Source: Octopus bimaculoides (taxonomy: Eukaryota). From it: 34,885 bases of DNA. The notes beneath the pieces were generated by a model. The model was given only the letters and a program-made list of their open reading frames with translations. It made no database searches and was not told the origin of the DNA. Position 1 is the first letter of the stretch; every line of letters begins with the position of its first letter. The stretch is taken from assembly GCF_001194135.2 (NCBI RefSeq), contig NC_068997.1:9474219-9509103 (forward strand). The letters are read 5' to 3'. Of the stretch, positions 22,271-34,254 are shown piece after piece. The translations under genes and the position numbers were made by a program.

Positions 22271-22841
22271 TTAATTAGGTCGGACTCAACAAGTATTAAT
22301 TAGCAATGTGTGTTATTTGGAGATGAATGAGAAATAATCAAATAACATCAATGGATAAACATTAGCCAATCAATCTGATGTAGATATAAAGAACTAAATA
22401 AACCTGGATATGAAATAACGTATATTGACCAATGAACTGATCAATTAAAGAGACGAAGAATATGTCCAAATATAAAGATTTTTAAATAAAAACAAAAGCA
22501 ACTCTGCAGAGCGTACAGGTAATAATTATCTCTTTATTAGCCAGAGTTCTGAGATGGTAGGTGAAGTGGATCCGCAAACAAGAGAAGAATAGTTTGTCAA
22601 TAAGTTAAACTGGTGTGAGGAACAAAAATTCTAATTGCCTTCATTAGATTAATTAACAATTACCAATTTCCTTGGATTTTAGACATTACCCTTGTTCTCA
22701 ACACCCTACTGCAACCTTCATTAACTCTCAAAATAAGTGAAACAAACAATGAACAATATAGATTTTAAACTACCTTCTCTTTCATTAGAAAGTAGAGCAT
22801 ACAAAAAAAAAAAACTAATTAATATATATAATTACAAAAAC

Positions 22842-23040
22842 CAGTGATGGTGCCCCATATTAAGCACCCAATACATTCTGTAAAGTGGTTGGCATTAGGA
22901 AAGGCATCCAGCCATAGAAATCCTACCAAAATTGACGACTGGGGCCTGGTACAGCCCTCCATCTTGTCAGCTCCTGTCAAACTGTCCAACCCATGCCAGC
23001 ATGGAAAACAAATGTTAAATGATTATGATGATGATGACAT
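22842..23040 (+). mobile_element. RTE-type 3' tail fragment (SINE family C or LINE 3' UTR) ending in (GAT)n
   Basis: GTTGGCATTAGGAAAGGCATCCAGCC...CAACCCATGCCAGCATGGAAAAC...GTTAAATGATTATGATGATGATGA. Confidence 0.75.
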
Positions 23041-23164
23041 ATTTAAACAAGAACATTAATCAAGATTGATGACCTTAATTTGATATTGTATATTAAAACA
23101 AAGTTAAACACACACACACACACGTGTACTCATGCACATGTTACATGTGTGTGTGCATGCGTGT

Positions 23165-23420
23165 TTTATTTCTTTCGATCATTGGGCTACAGCCATACCA
23201 CGGCACCATTTTGAAGAATTTTGTCAAACAAATCAATCCCGGCATTTATTATTTTTAGAATGTGATACTTATTCTATCAATTTCTTTTTCAAAAACTGCT
23301 AGGTCACAGGGACATAAACAAACCAACACCACCCGTTGAGTCAGGGACAGTGAGGCAACACACACACCCACACACACACACACGTGGCTGGCAAGCAAAC
23401 TTCTTAGCTATATAGCCACA
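23165..23420 (-). mobile_element. SINE family B, diverged and deleted
   Basis: Reverse-complement similarity to 10274-10660 (TACTTATTCTATC...ACTGCTAGGTCACAGGGACATAAACAAACC). Confidence 0.6.
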
Positions 23421-23734
23421 TCTGCACCCATATCTATATATGTATGTATGTATGTATACCATCTGCGTTATGTTTTCTAAGAAATCATTTATTTATTATT
23501 TCAGTGTTGTACTTGTTTTTAACGAGGGATTCGAGCAGAGGTCAAATGCTGAAACAGAAACAACTGCATCATGGGAGGAGCTCTGTTAGCTATTTAAAAC
23601 ACACGCACATACATGTTGCTATATTTAAACGGTGTATATGATAGCTATTTAAAACATACACACGCTGTTATATTCATGTATTTAAATAATGGTTATCCGA
23701 AATGACACCATGAATAGTGCAAGTGTTTCAATAT

Positions 23735-23932
23735 TTATTTCTTTTAACTCTTTTATGTGTTTCAGTTATTTGACTGTGGCCATGCTGGAGCACCACCTTT
23801 AATCAGACGAATTGACCCCAGAACTTATTCTTTGTAAGCATAGTACTTATTCTGTCAGTCTCTTTTGCTGAACTGCTAAGTTACGAGGATGTAGACACAT
23901 CAACATCAGTTGTCAAGCGATGACTGTCATCA
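23735..23932 (-). mobile_element. SINE family B 3' half
   Basis: GACTGTGGCCATGCTGGAGCACCACC...TACTTATTCTGTCAGTCTCTTTTGCTGAACTGCTAAGTTAC...GTTGTCAAGCGATG. Confidence 0.8.
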
Positions 23933-23989
23933 TTGTTGTCATCAGCCAGATCAATAAAAATTACCAAAGCCATTGAGGAAACCTCTACT

Positions 23990-24215
23990 TTATATGGGTC
24001 ATTCAACTTGCTAGAAACAGTAGCCAAATCTCACTCAAATCTCATCACCCAACCAGCTTAAAATAAAATAAAGAAGAACAAACCTAAAATAAAAACAGCA
24101 AATAAAAAAAAGCAGTGACAAAATAGAAATAAAAAAGGCAGCAATCCTGGCTAGATTGCCTTTGATCATAAATTTACTGGATCAAGTGAGAGGAGGGCGG
24201 GGGTCGCCCTGGAGC
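23990..24215 (-). mobile_element. Unclassified repeat (family D); related + fragment at ~25295-25420
   Basis: Reverse complement of 24146-24185 (TTTATGATCAAAGGCAATCTAGCCAGG) resembles CCTATAATCAAAGGTATTCCAGTCATG at ~25333. Confidence 0.45.
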
Positions 24216-25590
24216 AATAATTTTTCTCATCACCTTTGCCAGCATCATCGACATCATCACTAACATCATATTCTTTAATTAAATTGCCCATGTCTTTCCT
24301 GAACATTTCTACCAGTCTTTTCGCTCTTTTTCTATCAAATTTCCATTCATTTACCAAAAATTAAAGCTAAAACATTAAGGCTTTAACGAAAGGGCTCTGC
24401 TATCACATGTGAATTTTTTTTCTTTTAATAATATTTAGTTTCACAGTTCATAGATTAACTGTAAGATTTCATTTCCCCACATTTTCTTCTTTTTAGATAT
24501 TTTCTTTGCTTCTTTCTTTCTCTCCTTTATTTTATTTGTCTGTTTATTATTATTTTTTTTTTTTTTTTTCATTTATTTATTCATTTATATTTTTTCTAAT
24601 ATCTGCTGGTGCCAAGATATTCATTTATAGAGAACCTTACCATTATTCAGAATTCTCATTGCTTGCTACACTTGTAATTATTATTATTATTATTGCCCCT
24701 ACCCCTGCCTCCATCATCACCACCAACATCATTACAACCATCATCAACATCATCATCATTATTATTACTTACTATAATCATTATTATCACTATTATTACT
24801 ATTATCATTATTATTCCTTAGTTATTATCATAGACTATGCTAGCCCCATTAATTATTTTTCATCTGTATGTTCCAGAAAGTCATTATATTTCTCAAACAT
24901 ACTCTCAAAATGGACAAACAGCATCAACCCCCCCCCCCCTCACTCTCTCTCTCCCTCTAACCCACCATGTTGCAATACTTTCTATAGCCATTCCACTTTC
25001 TTGCTGATGGCAAAATTTATTAGCACATTTGCAGTTATGATTAAGATATTCGAGAAGAAATCCAAACCTATTATTATTATTATCATCATTACTATTATCA
25101 TTATCATCATCATCATCATTATTATTATTATTATTATTATTAATAGAAGCAGTTATGATTAATCCTTTCTATTTCATATTACCATCTAGAATACAAAAAA
25201 AAAAAAAGGAAAGAAAAGAAAGGCTCTTTGGCTCCTTTACTGATCATGTAGTACCTGGATAAAATTTATAATCTTCTTAATAGTATGTTGTTGTTGTTTA
25301 GCTCCAGGTTATCCCCTGAGCAAAAAAAAAGCCTATAATCAAAGGTATTCCAGTCATGACCATCCCACTTCTCCTTAATATCTTGAAAATTGCACAAATA
25401 TGATCACATTATCCAATATAGCTCTCACTTTTGTTTTTTTAAAGAAAACACAACATGGTCTGAGGAAGAATTAGCTCCTATTTCAAGCAGTTTAAGATAA
25501 GTACCAGACATTAATGAGGTCAACTCAACTGCAATTGTATCCTTGCAACTTTCTGGCTTTGCATCAATAAAGGAAATTATTATAATTGGG

Positions 25591-25869
25591 TGCAATACCA
25601 AGGCTCTCATGGCTTCTGATCTTAAATGATTGGAAGTGTTATCATGTACATTGTTTTGTCTTGGTATAAAAGATGGGCTACAGAAAATATTCTGCTCAAT
25701 ACTACAGATTTGCTTGTCAGTTGTTTGACCTTAACTAGTTGAAAACATGTCCCTTGGTGGCTGACGATATGTGCATCTTTGATCACGAGCAGAAGTAGTG
25801 GGGAAGCATCATAGCCACGTGTTGAGAGGAATTCTTTGGGGTTTGAATAATTCACCTTTGGAAACATGT
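25591..25869 (-). mobile_element. Second copy of repeat family E
   Basis: Colinear with 13170-13449. Confidence 0.8.
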
Positions 25870-26129
25870 AAAGCAAAATATTAGCATGTAACTTTCCATA
25901 GTGAGCACAATTGTTACAAGGGAGATAATCAATTCTCCATAATATTTGGTGGGATTAGAAATTTGAATTTAAAATTAAGGAATTGTAAGGAAAAAGATGC
26001 ATAGAATTTACATATCTTCTATTCTATTTATTTATTATCAAAAGACATCCAAAGAGAAAGTATTGATGAAGACCAAAGTAGTTAATTAGAACCACCTGAA
26101 ACTAGCCTATCCATCACAAGATTCAGTTC

Positions 26130-26830
26130 TTGTTGTGGTGTGTTGGATTCTGTGCTTCAATGACATGGAGAAACAAGCCAGTGGTGCACATGCTCTTGGT
26201 AGGGATTCCTATGTTGGACAGGTCAAAGGATAGAAGTCAGACTAATATAAACCATCTCTTTCCTGGGGTCAAAGTGGGTTTGCATAGGGCCAACACCCCT
26301 ACCTAGAAAAATGCAAAATTCCAGAAGCATTGATGACAATTCAAAGCCTACAAAACCTGGAAGAGGAAGACCTTCCCTCAGGGAAAAGGCAGAGCTGAAA
26401 AAGCAGGGATCTAATTGGAGAGAAGCAGAAAAAAACAACAACCCAGAATCGAGAACAGCAAAGAGTGGAAGGCTTAAGTAAAATAACCTATGCAGAAGTC
26501 ATGGGGTGCCGTGTGTCATATTCAACCCCAAAAATGCTTATGGGCACCTTTTGAGGCACAAAGTTACAATATAAGTAAAAGCAGATGCACAGAGAAAAAA
26601 AGAGCAAAGAATATGTGGAGGAACCCATCTCCATGATACTAAATTGAAGTTCACAGCAGTTCTTTACAAAAACAAATGAAGAAAAGATAGCGCTATCAAA
26701 TGAACTGAAAGTAGTGGAAGATGGCTCTGATTACATGGAAGACCCAAATTATAGGCTACTAATGAATACCACACTAGTAGTCTATGAACAACTAATGTGC
26801 AACAGTTGGTGGTTTCTTGTTTTGTCTGAC
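26130..26830 (+). mobile_element. Decayed 5' region of an RTE-like LINE (5' UTR and start of the endonuclease domain)
   Basis: GGTCAAAGGATAGAAGTCAGAC...GGGTTTGCATAGGGCCAACACCCCTACCTAGAAAA resembles the recalled RTE 5' UTR pattern. It is followed by a broken purine-rich frame (FFTKTNEEKIALSNELK). Confidence 0.45.
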
Positions 26831-27776
26831 GTCAAAAATATGTGTGAGCATCTTCAGGAATAGAAATTACAAAAAGTGGCAGGAGGCTTATATTATAAGG
26901 TGTTACACCCTACTCTAGCTGGTAGGTTCTCACCTGTATGTGGGTAGATTACACTCATAGTTCCTTCTTGTTTTTTTTTTTTTGTCTGTTTCTTTGTTTT
27001 TTGCAATTATACCATTTTTATCAAATCCAATTGCCTACTGTACAACATCTGACACTCCCCTTATCTGTATATGCCTTTGTTTGTCAATTCCTACATATTT
27101 GTAACATGCATGTTTTCTTCTCTATTGTAAGTATGACTGGGCCCTTATTGCCAAACAAAGAAATTATCATTGTTTTTATTGTTGTTGTTTCAATGCATTG
27201 TGTGTCCCCACCCCACCCCTTATCGTTTCCCTTTCAGCTCATAATGAAATCATATCACTTGCTATTCATTTTTTTGTCATACACAGTACAGTACGTTATT
27301 ACATAAAGACACAGTTTGGGAGGGGTTACGACTAGAATGTTCCAGACTGCATATGTAACAAACAAATAAAAACAAAACAGAAACAAACACAAAACTATCA
27401 ACAGTAAAACAGCCAACAGAATAATGTCTTTTGATCTTGTTATCAATGAGACAATGCTTTATGATGGATGTGAGCAGTGCCATGAAGAACAAACTATCTT
27501 TTGTATTCCATGATATTTGAGATTACCAGATTTCTTGTTTCCGACATACTGGTGATCACTACTTCCTTTTTAAGTAACCCATCTACACCAATTACTACCA
27601 AATTGGTACCATTTTCATCTATTTCCATATCTTCATGCTTGGTTAATTCTGTGCAAAAACCTTCCAATAAGAAGACATTGTTGTCTGAATGTGACAATGC
27701 ATCTTTATAACCCTCATCATCATCATCATCATTATTATTACTATTATAATTATTATTTTCATTATTATTATTATTA

Positions 27777-27811
<35 letters not shown>

Positions 27812-28025
27812 GAGACAGCAAGCTGGCAGAATCATTAGCACATTGGGCAAAATGCTTAGTAGTATTTCATCCAACATTATGTTCTGAGTTCAAATTCTGC
27901 CAAGGTTGATTTTGCCTTTCATCCTTTCAGGGTCAATAAAATAAGTGCGACCTGAGTACTGGGGTCGATGTAATTGACATACCCCCATCCCTAAAATTGC
28001 TGGTCTTGTGCTAAAATTTGAACCC
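27812..28025 (+). mobile_element. SINE family A (near full length, sense orientation)
   Basis: AAGCTGGCAGAATCATTAGC (A-box region), TTCTGAGTTCAAATTC (B box), TTTTGCCTTTCATCCTTTCAGGGTC. It is preceded by (TTA)n. Confidence 0.88.
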
Positions 28026-28599
28026 GTTATATGAACCAACACATGAGCCATCATCATTACTGACAAAGAGAGCAAACATTCAGTAACTACAATCAGGACC
28101 AGAACAAAAAACAGAAATTATGTAATTGCTCAAATTTGCAGATCAATACAACCCATCCAATAAAACAGTGACAAAGCAAATATCTCAGATAGTAAAAAAA
28201 AAAAAAATAATGATAATAATAAAAGTACAACAAATCATTCTTTTACTATTTTTCAATCATCATTTTGCAATAATTGAAAGATCAAAGGGATCTTTAAAAG
28301 AAAAAAAAAAAAAACGAATTTAAGAGATACAAAAAAACAAAAAAAAAACAAAGAAAATCTCATGCTGGGTATTTTTATGAAAAGAATGGGGTCATTGCTA
28401 GTATTATTATAAATTGCTTAAGTGACAACTATCAAATGAAATGATTTCAAATAACATGAGTTCAGACAGAACACAGTATTAGATTACACTTATTAAATTA
28501 ACCAATCCTTAATTTAAGATGTAGATATCTTATAGCTATGTAACTAAATATTTGATAAATGCTCCACACCAAAGAGAATTTTGCATATTAGCAAATTAC

Positions 28600-28779
28600 T
28601 TTAATGTACAGTGTCAACAGTGAGTTGCAGCTGGTCAGGTTGAATAGGATATCATCATCTGATCGTTCATTGGTTGATGAGTAAGATAAGTCCACTCTCA
28701 GGTTGTCATCAGTGCTTGTACTGTGTCTATGACCAAGATAGTTATCTCTCGGAGCAATGAGACACTCTCCTGCCTTCCT
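28600..28779 (-). CDS. Low-confidence candidate exon RKAGECLIAPRDNYLGHRHSTSTDDNLRVDLSYSSTNERSDDDILFNLTSCNSLLTLYIK
   Basis: Exactly 180 nt open, phase 0-0, between TGACAG| and AAA|GTAATT in non-repetitive sequence. The acceptor is weak and I recognise no homology. Confidence 0.2.
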
Positions 28780-29329
28780 CTGTCAGTAAATAGGTTTTTC
28801 AAGGTTCAAGGATAAGTGTTCAGCTTTACAAAATGAATAATGAAAAATCACTGAATATTTGATAAAGTGATTCATTAGCCTGCAGTGCTGGAGTTCAATT
28901 TACACCATAATAACTCTGAAGATGAAATGGGCTTTGCTGATTACTAACACCAACACTGACAAATCCACAGAATCTGGAACATTAGGCAATAATTATAAGA
29001 ATTTTAAAGTTCATCAGAAGCCCCACAAAAGCAGCATTTCACACTCCCATCATCCTGCTATGTGCATACACAGACATTCTAGAAAATTTTACCTTTGTTA
29101 TCCACAAACCATGCATCTCCCTTTCCAACTCACAATGTGGAATTTAGCACCTGACACTGTCGTGTGGTTTCTACATGTCGACCACATTATTGCTAATGAC
29201 AAGGTATGTGTTGTGTGTGTGTGTGTGTGTGTGTGTGTCTGTCTGTAGTCAAAATATGTCATTACAACCACCTCAAAGGCATGTTAATGGTATTATTTGA
29301 TGGTTCAAATACATTTCATGAACTTTCAT

Positions 29330-29429
29330 ACTTCCTAATCACATGGTTCTGGATTCAATCCCACTGCATGGTACCTTGGGCAAATGTCTTGAAAGTGAAT
29401 TTGGAAGACAGAAACTGAAAGAAGCCTGT

Positions 29430-29464
<35 letters not shown>

Positions 29465-29570
29465 CTTTGTGTTTGTCCCACCATCACCACTTGACAACTG
29501 GTTTTGGTTTGTTTACATTCCTGTAACTTAGCAGTTCAGCGAAAAAGCCCAATAGAGTAAGTACAAACTT
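29330..29570 (+). mobile_element. SINE family B fragment
   Basis: CATGGTTCTGGATTCAATCCCACTGCATGGTACCTTGGGCAAATGTC...CCTGTAACTTAGCAGTTCAGC. Confidence 0.75.
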
Positions 29571-29648
29571 AAAATAATGCATGATTAACCCAAAACAATG
29601 TGAATAAGCATTACATATGACAGAGTAATCTGAATGCTAAAGGGTTAA
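29571..29648 (+). mobile_element. Right end of a TTAA MITE (family of 20845)
   Basis: Ends CTGAATGCTAAAGGGTTAA. Confidence 0.8.
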
Positions 29649-29769
29649 AACACACCCAGAAAACTATATATATATATATATATATATACAGAGAGAGAAA
29701 GAGAGAGAGAGAAAGAGAGAGAGAGAGAAAGAGAGAGATGGCTAGATGACACAGATAGATGAGCATGTG

Positions 29770-30038
29770 CATGTGGTATGTTACTGTCTTCTTGCTTTGA
29801 TTTTAATTCATGTGATAGTTGCAAACAAGCATCACTTTCATGCAAGGGATTTCTATTTCCAATCTTCCATAAAAACATGTCCAGTCATGTGGAAACATTA
29901 CCTCATTTGGAAACAAGTGAGGGTTAACAACAGGAAGAGTATCTGGCTGTAGAACATTTGCCCTGACAAATTCCATCCAACCCATGCAAGCATGGAATGG
30001 TGGATGTTAAAATGATGGTGATGATGATGATGATGATT
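29770..30038 (+). mobile_element. SINE family C 3' portion with RTE-type tail and (GAT)n end
   Basis: GAGGGTTAACAACAGGAAGAGTATCTGGCTGTAGAA...CCAACCCATGCAAGCATGGAA...GATGATGATGAT. Confidence 0.75.
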
Positions 30039-30204
30039 GGAATATTGTGAGAGTATTGATATCAGGGAGTTGCTACTTCAGTATTAATATCAGTCATTGA
30101 CCTAAAGCAGGTCACTGAGATTTCGCAGAGAAAGTCTATAATAGTATTTGAAATGTAACAGATATTGTCAATTTAGATTTTTCAAGAAATGTGTTGCTTG
30201 CTGT

Positions 30205-30250
<46 letters not shown>

Positions 30251-31292
30251 ATACACAAAAAAAACTCTTTTGAATTCTGAACATCTCCCAATAACATGAA
30301 AATACCTTTGAGATTGCTGCAATTACATGTTATGACCATGTGCACACACACATATTTTCTCACTGGCAATAATGTGCTTCACTTGTTTAAAAATAAAAAA
30401 ACTGCACAGCAGCATTAGGTGCTAAATTAATCAATATTTCCAACTCGTAGAATAGCCATTTTGAAACGTCATTAAAAAAAAAAAATTCTCTGAAAGATGG
30501 GTTTTTTTATGAGAAAAAAATCCCTCACACTTTTTTGCCATATTCTGAATCTCTGATGTTTAAAGCATAAAAATCCAATGACATTTTTTGTTTTCAAAAG
30601 TATAATAAAAACAAAGAGAAAGGTGCATGGTCCAGAACTCCACCCTACATATAACCATTGTTACACTGTTCTCACAAAAAAATAATACATGGTGTTTTCA
30701 ACAATGAAAGACACCCACACACACCTTATACCATTCCAAGTGCCATCAGCATCAGCAATGCTATTGCGTTCATTCTCCACTGCCGACTGATAAACAAAAT
30801 ATTAAACACCTCCTTAAAAAAATACCACAAAAGGTTGACTGTCAAACCCTCTCCTTAGGTCACCAAGCCTATATATATAGAGAGTATAATAACAACATAT
30901 CTAGAATCTGTAATTTCCTTAATTGAAAAGTACTGAAAGAATTCCTCCTCTTTGTCACTCTTTTTAACTTGTATCATCTATATGACCTTTCTATATCCTC
31001 AAAAATTAAATAAATAAAAGAAAAAAAAGATGAAACAAAAAACCATACACACAGAACCTTACATATACATGGCATCATAGTTGCCTTCCCTCACTATTCC
31101 CCAGACAGGGGACGCTGCTGCATGACTGTTTCAACATTAGAAACTAGATTCTAATCAAATAGGCTACCAGAAACACCTATGAAATTCACTGTCTCCTTTC
31201 TTACCAACAACACCAAAGGAGATTAAATACAGCTAAACATATCACATAAACACTGAAAACAAAAACACTAGGAATTAACAGCAAAGGTCCTC

Positions 31293-31423
31293 TGACTCAG
31301 TGGTTAGAGCATCAGGCTCTCAATCATGAGGCAGTGAGTTTGATTCCTGGTGCATCCAGGAATCAAACTCACAGTCTCACAATTCCAAGCTTGCTGCTCT
31401 AACCACTGAGCCATGTGCCTTCA
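31293..31423. mobile_element. Two tRNA-like SINE heads joined as an inverted hairpin
   Basis: CTCAGTGGTTAGAGCA (16 nt) and GTGAGTTTGATTCCTGG (17 nt) each pair perfectly with the opposite arm. The loop is TGCAT at 31351-31355. Confidence 0.9.
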
Positions 31424-32872
31424 CACAGCAACTCAAATATAATCAGTTAAAATGCAAAGAAATACTCTCAGCCTTGTTTGAATAATTTCTTTGTTATATA
31501 AAAGACTAAATTAAAGATTCTGAAGAAAAATCATCACCATCGTCAGAAGTAGTGTCTAGTCTCATTTCTCAATGTTCTGAATTCAATCCGTACCAACGAT
31601 GGCTTTACCTGTTATTCCAAACAAAGTTTGATATAGTAAATAAACTAGTCAAGTACAAGAGTAGATTCAATTAATTGTAATATTTTCTCTTTTGTGATTT
31701 GTACCACTGCAAGAAACCACAAGTAGAAAAAAAAAAGACAAAAAAAAAAACAAACAAACAAAAAAAACCAGTAGTTTCAGAACTGTTTTTGAATTTCATT
31801 CTAGCAGATGTCAGAATAGCTCTTGTCTCTTGTCTACTTTAGATTCCATATTTTATTATCCCATGTCATTTCAAAGAGCAACCTTAACATTGAAGATCTG
31901 ACAAATGTAATTAATTACAAGTTTTCTTTTTTTTTTTTGCATATATTCTTCTCATCATTTATCATCTTTCACAGCTGTATGTCCATATCAATGCAGCCAC
32001 CCTTCTCTCTTTTCTATACACCAATATGCAGATATGTGACTTATATGAATAACAACCACTTTGCTAAAAAGTTACCACTAATCAGCAGAAAGAGCAAAGA
32101 TATGGGAAGAAGTGAATGCAGCATGAGCTGAGAGTATTCAGCGTCACATGTGGAAGGATACTTAATTGTGAAGAACGACAAATGTGTTTTGCTTATATAG
32201 AGTTGGGTAACCCATGCCAGTAAGAGAAAAAATGGATATGACAATATCCCCACAAATTTCATAAGCTGAGGTATATTGTGCTGACACTGACATCAAGATA
32301 TCACTCTCTGCACAATTAAATATATATTAAAATCATTGCTTGCTATGTGTACAGTGAAAACTATGGAAATTTTCTTCAGCTGGGATTTGAGTTGATCTGT
32401 GTATTGAGATCTATATAAATTCAGAACATTAGCATATGAAGCCATCACCACCACCACCACCACCACCACCACCATCGCCACCCCCACTCCTAAATCAAAA
32501 CAACACCAAAATCATTGTCAGTAATTAATGCATAGTTTTACAATTAGAATAATGGTGATGGGGTCAACTGAAAAGAAAGTTAAAATGTCTCGGGAAGTGA
32601 AAATAAATCAAATCACAAGAACATACATACGGCTTGAAATTCCATATGTTTGAAAGAGAAAAGTGGGTAGCATCGAAGAAGTGTGTGAGTGAGTGAGTGA
32701 GTGTGTGTGTGTATGTGTGTGTGTGTGTATATACCTGCATATATATATATATGTGTGTGTGTGTATGTATGTATAATTGTGAAATATTCACAATGAAAAT
32801 TGAAAAGAAATATAAGAAAGCATATTTATTTAAATACATTTCTATTTGAAATGTTATCTCACATACACGTAA

Positions 32873-32914
<42 letters not shown>

Positions 32915-33459
32915 ACATGCATGCACGCACACACAGATAAAATTTTCAAATACAGAAATAAGAAGTAAAATAGCTTGCTTCTAAACAATGTTCTGATCTC
33001 TTCTTATGATAAAGCAAATACTGAGTAACGTAACCATAATCTGGCCATTCAATTTTCAGAGATAATTATTTAATTAAAAATTTTCCTAACAAAGAACTGT
33101 ACAAACTATTCATATATATTTAGCTTGTCAGGATTCCAAAATAAAAATCAAACAACCAATAAATAAATAGATAAATAAATAAGAGAAAAACCAACAAGGA
33201 AACAGCAGAAAAAAAAAAAGACAGAAAGTAGAAATAATACTTGTTTTATAATAGAGTGGGTTAGTAATATGTGTAATATTATCTGTAATTCAAATACAGA
33301 AATATAAATGAATACACTTCAAATAAATTATCATAACATTTTACAACTGCACACATATATTTATACATGCACACTTAACAAATATTCAAAAAAACAAAAA
33401 AAAAACAAAGAAAAAGAAAAAATATAAGGTAAAAAAAAATTATTTTTATTCATGAAGAA

Positions 33460-34020
33460 TTTTAAAGGATTTTATTGATGCAGTAGGAGGTACCGTTCCA
33501 TAACAGCATTTTATTGTTGAAGAAGCAAGATTATTTTGGAAACCAATATCTAATCAAATCTCTGTAGAAACTAAAGAGACTGTTGTGCCAGAATATCAGA
33601 CAGCTGAAGGCCAATTAAGATCACTTTGAAACGAAAATGAAAATGCTACCGATGATTTTAAACTCATCTTTGTTAATTTATCACTCTGAGATATTCCAAG
33701 CAATTGGTTGGCTACATTAAAAGGAAATGCATAGAAACTTGGCACTTAAACCAAAAGGAAAGGAAAAAAAAAAACAAGAAAAAGAAAAAAAGTAGTTAAC
33801 AAGGAATCAACTCTCAGATTGGTTTATATAGGATTTTTGTCAAACTGAGCAAAAATGCTGCCAGGAAAACAAAACTGAATATAATAAGATATTATATTTT
33901 TTCAAAAGTCAATAGTAGTACATGTTAGCATTTGAATAATGCTACGAAAGGAATTTTACACATATACAACTACTTGACCAATCCAAGAATATAATACCTG
34001 CAATGTAATGTGTCAGCAGC
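33460..34020 (+). mobile_element. Tigger/pogo-family DDE transposase fossil
   Basis: Translation LKDFIDAVGGTVP*QHFIVEEARLFWKPISNQISVETKETVVPEYQTAEGQLRSL*NENENATDDFKL aligns with the recalled Tigger pattern LK.II.EGGY.P.Q.FN.DETGLFWK.MP.RT.I.KEEK..PG.K..K.RLT.L...NA.GD.KL. Further on, DWFI*DFCQTEQKCCQENK...KIL echoes the WF...F.P.V..YC.E....KILL segment. Confidence 0.75.
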
Positions 34021-34134
34021 TGCAGATGTTACCAAAATTAGAAGTTGTAAATTCACTTTACAAAAGTAATTAGAAATTTTGATGCCGGCAATGCAATTTT
34101 CAAATTTTTCTATTACATTAAGATTGGGGGAAGT

Positions 34135-34254
34135 NNNNNNNNNNNNNNNNNNNNNNNNNNNNNNNNNNNNNNNNNNNNNNNNNNNNNNNNNNNNNNNNNN
34201 NNNNNNNNNNNNNNNNNNNNNNNNNNNNNNNNNNNNNNNNNNNNNNNNNNNNNN
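34135..34254. other. Assembly gap (120 N)
   Basis: Seen directly. Confidence 1.

Noticed and set aside
24166-24357. Protein-like - strand ORF VNEWKFDRKRAKRLVEMFRKDMGNLIKEYD... with a TRP-box-like EWKF
   Set aside because: An in-frame TAA lies immediately upstream with no usable acceptor. The 3' third overlaps repeat family D, and EWKFDR lacks the rest of the TRP domain context.
24506-25162. Longest ORF in the track (218 aa)
   Set aside because: Poly-T plus ATT/ATC microsatellites; hydrophobic low complexity with no real protein signature.
8914-27623. Shared 16-mer ATAGATGAAAATGGTA (IDENG) at 8915 (+) and ~27608 (-)
   Set aside because: An isolated AT-rich match with no flanking similarity; plausible by chance in 35 kb.
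31296-31350. Possible tRNA gene (A and B boxes)
   Set aside because: No acceptor stem, the B-box is mutated (GTTTGATTCC), and it is fused to an inverted copy. It is a SINE head.
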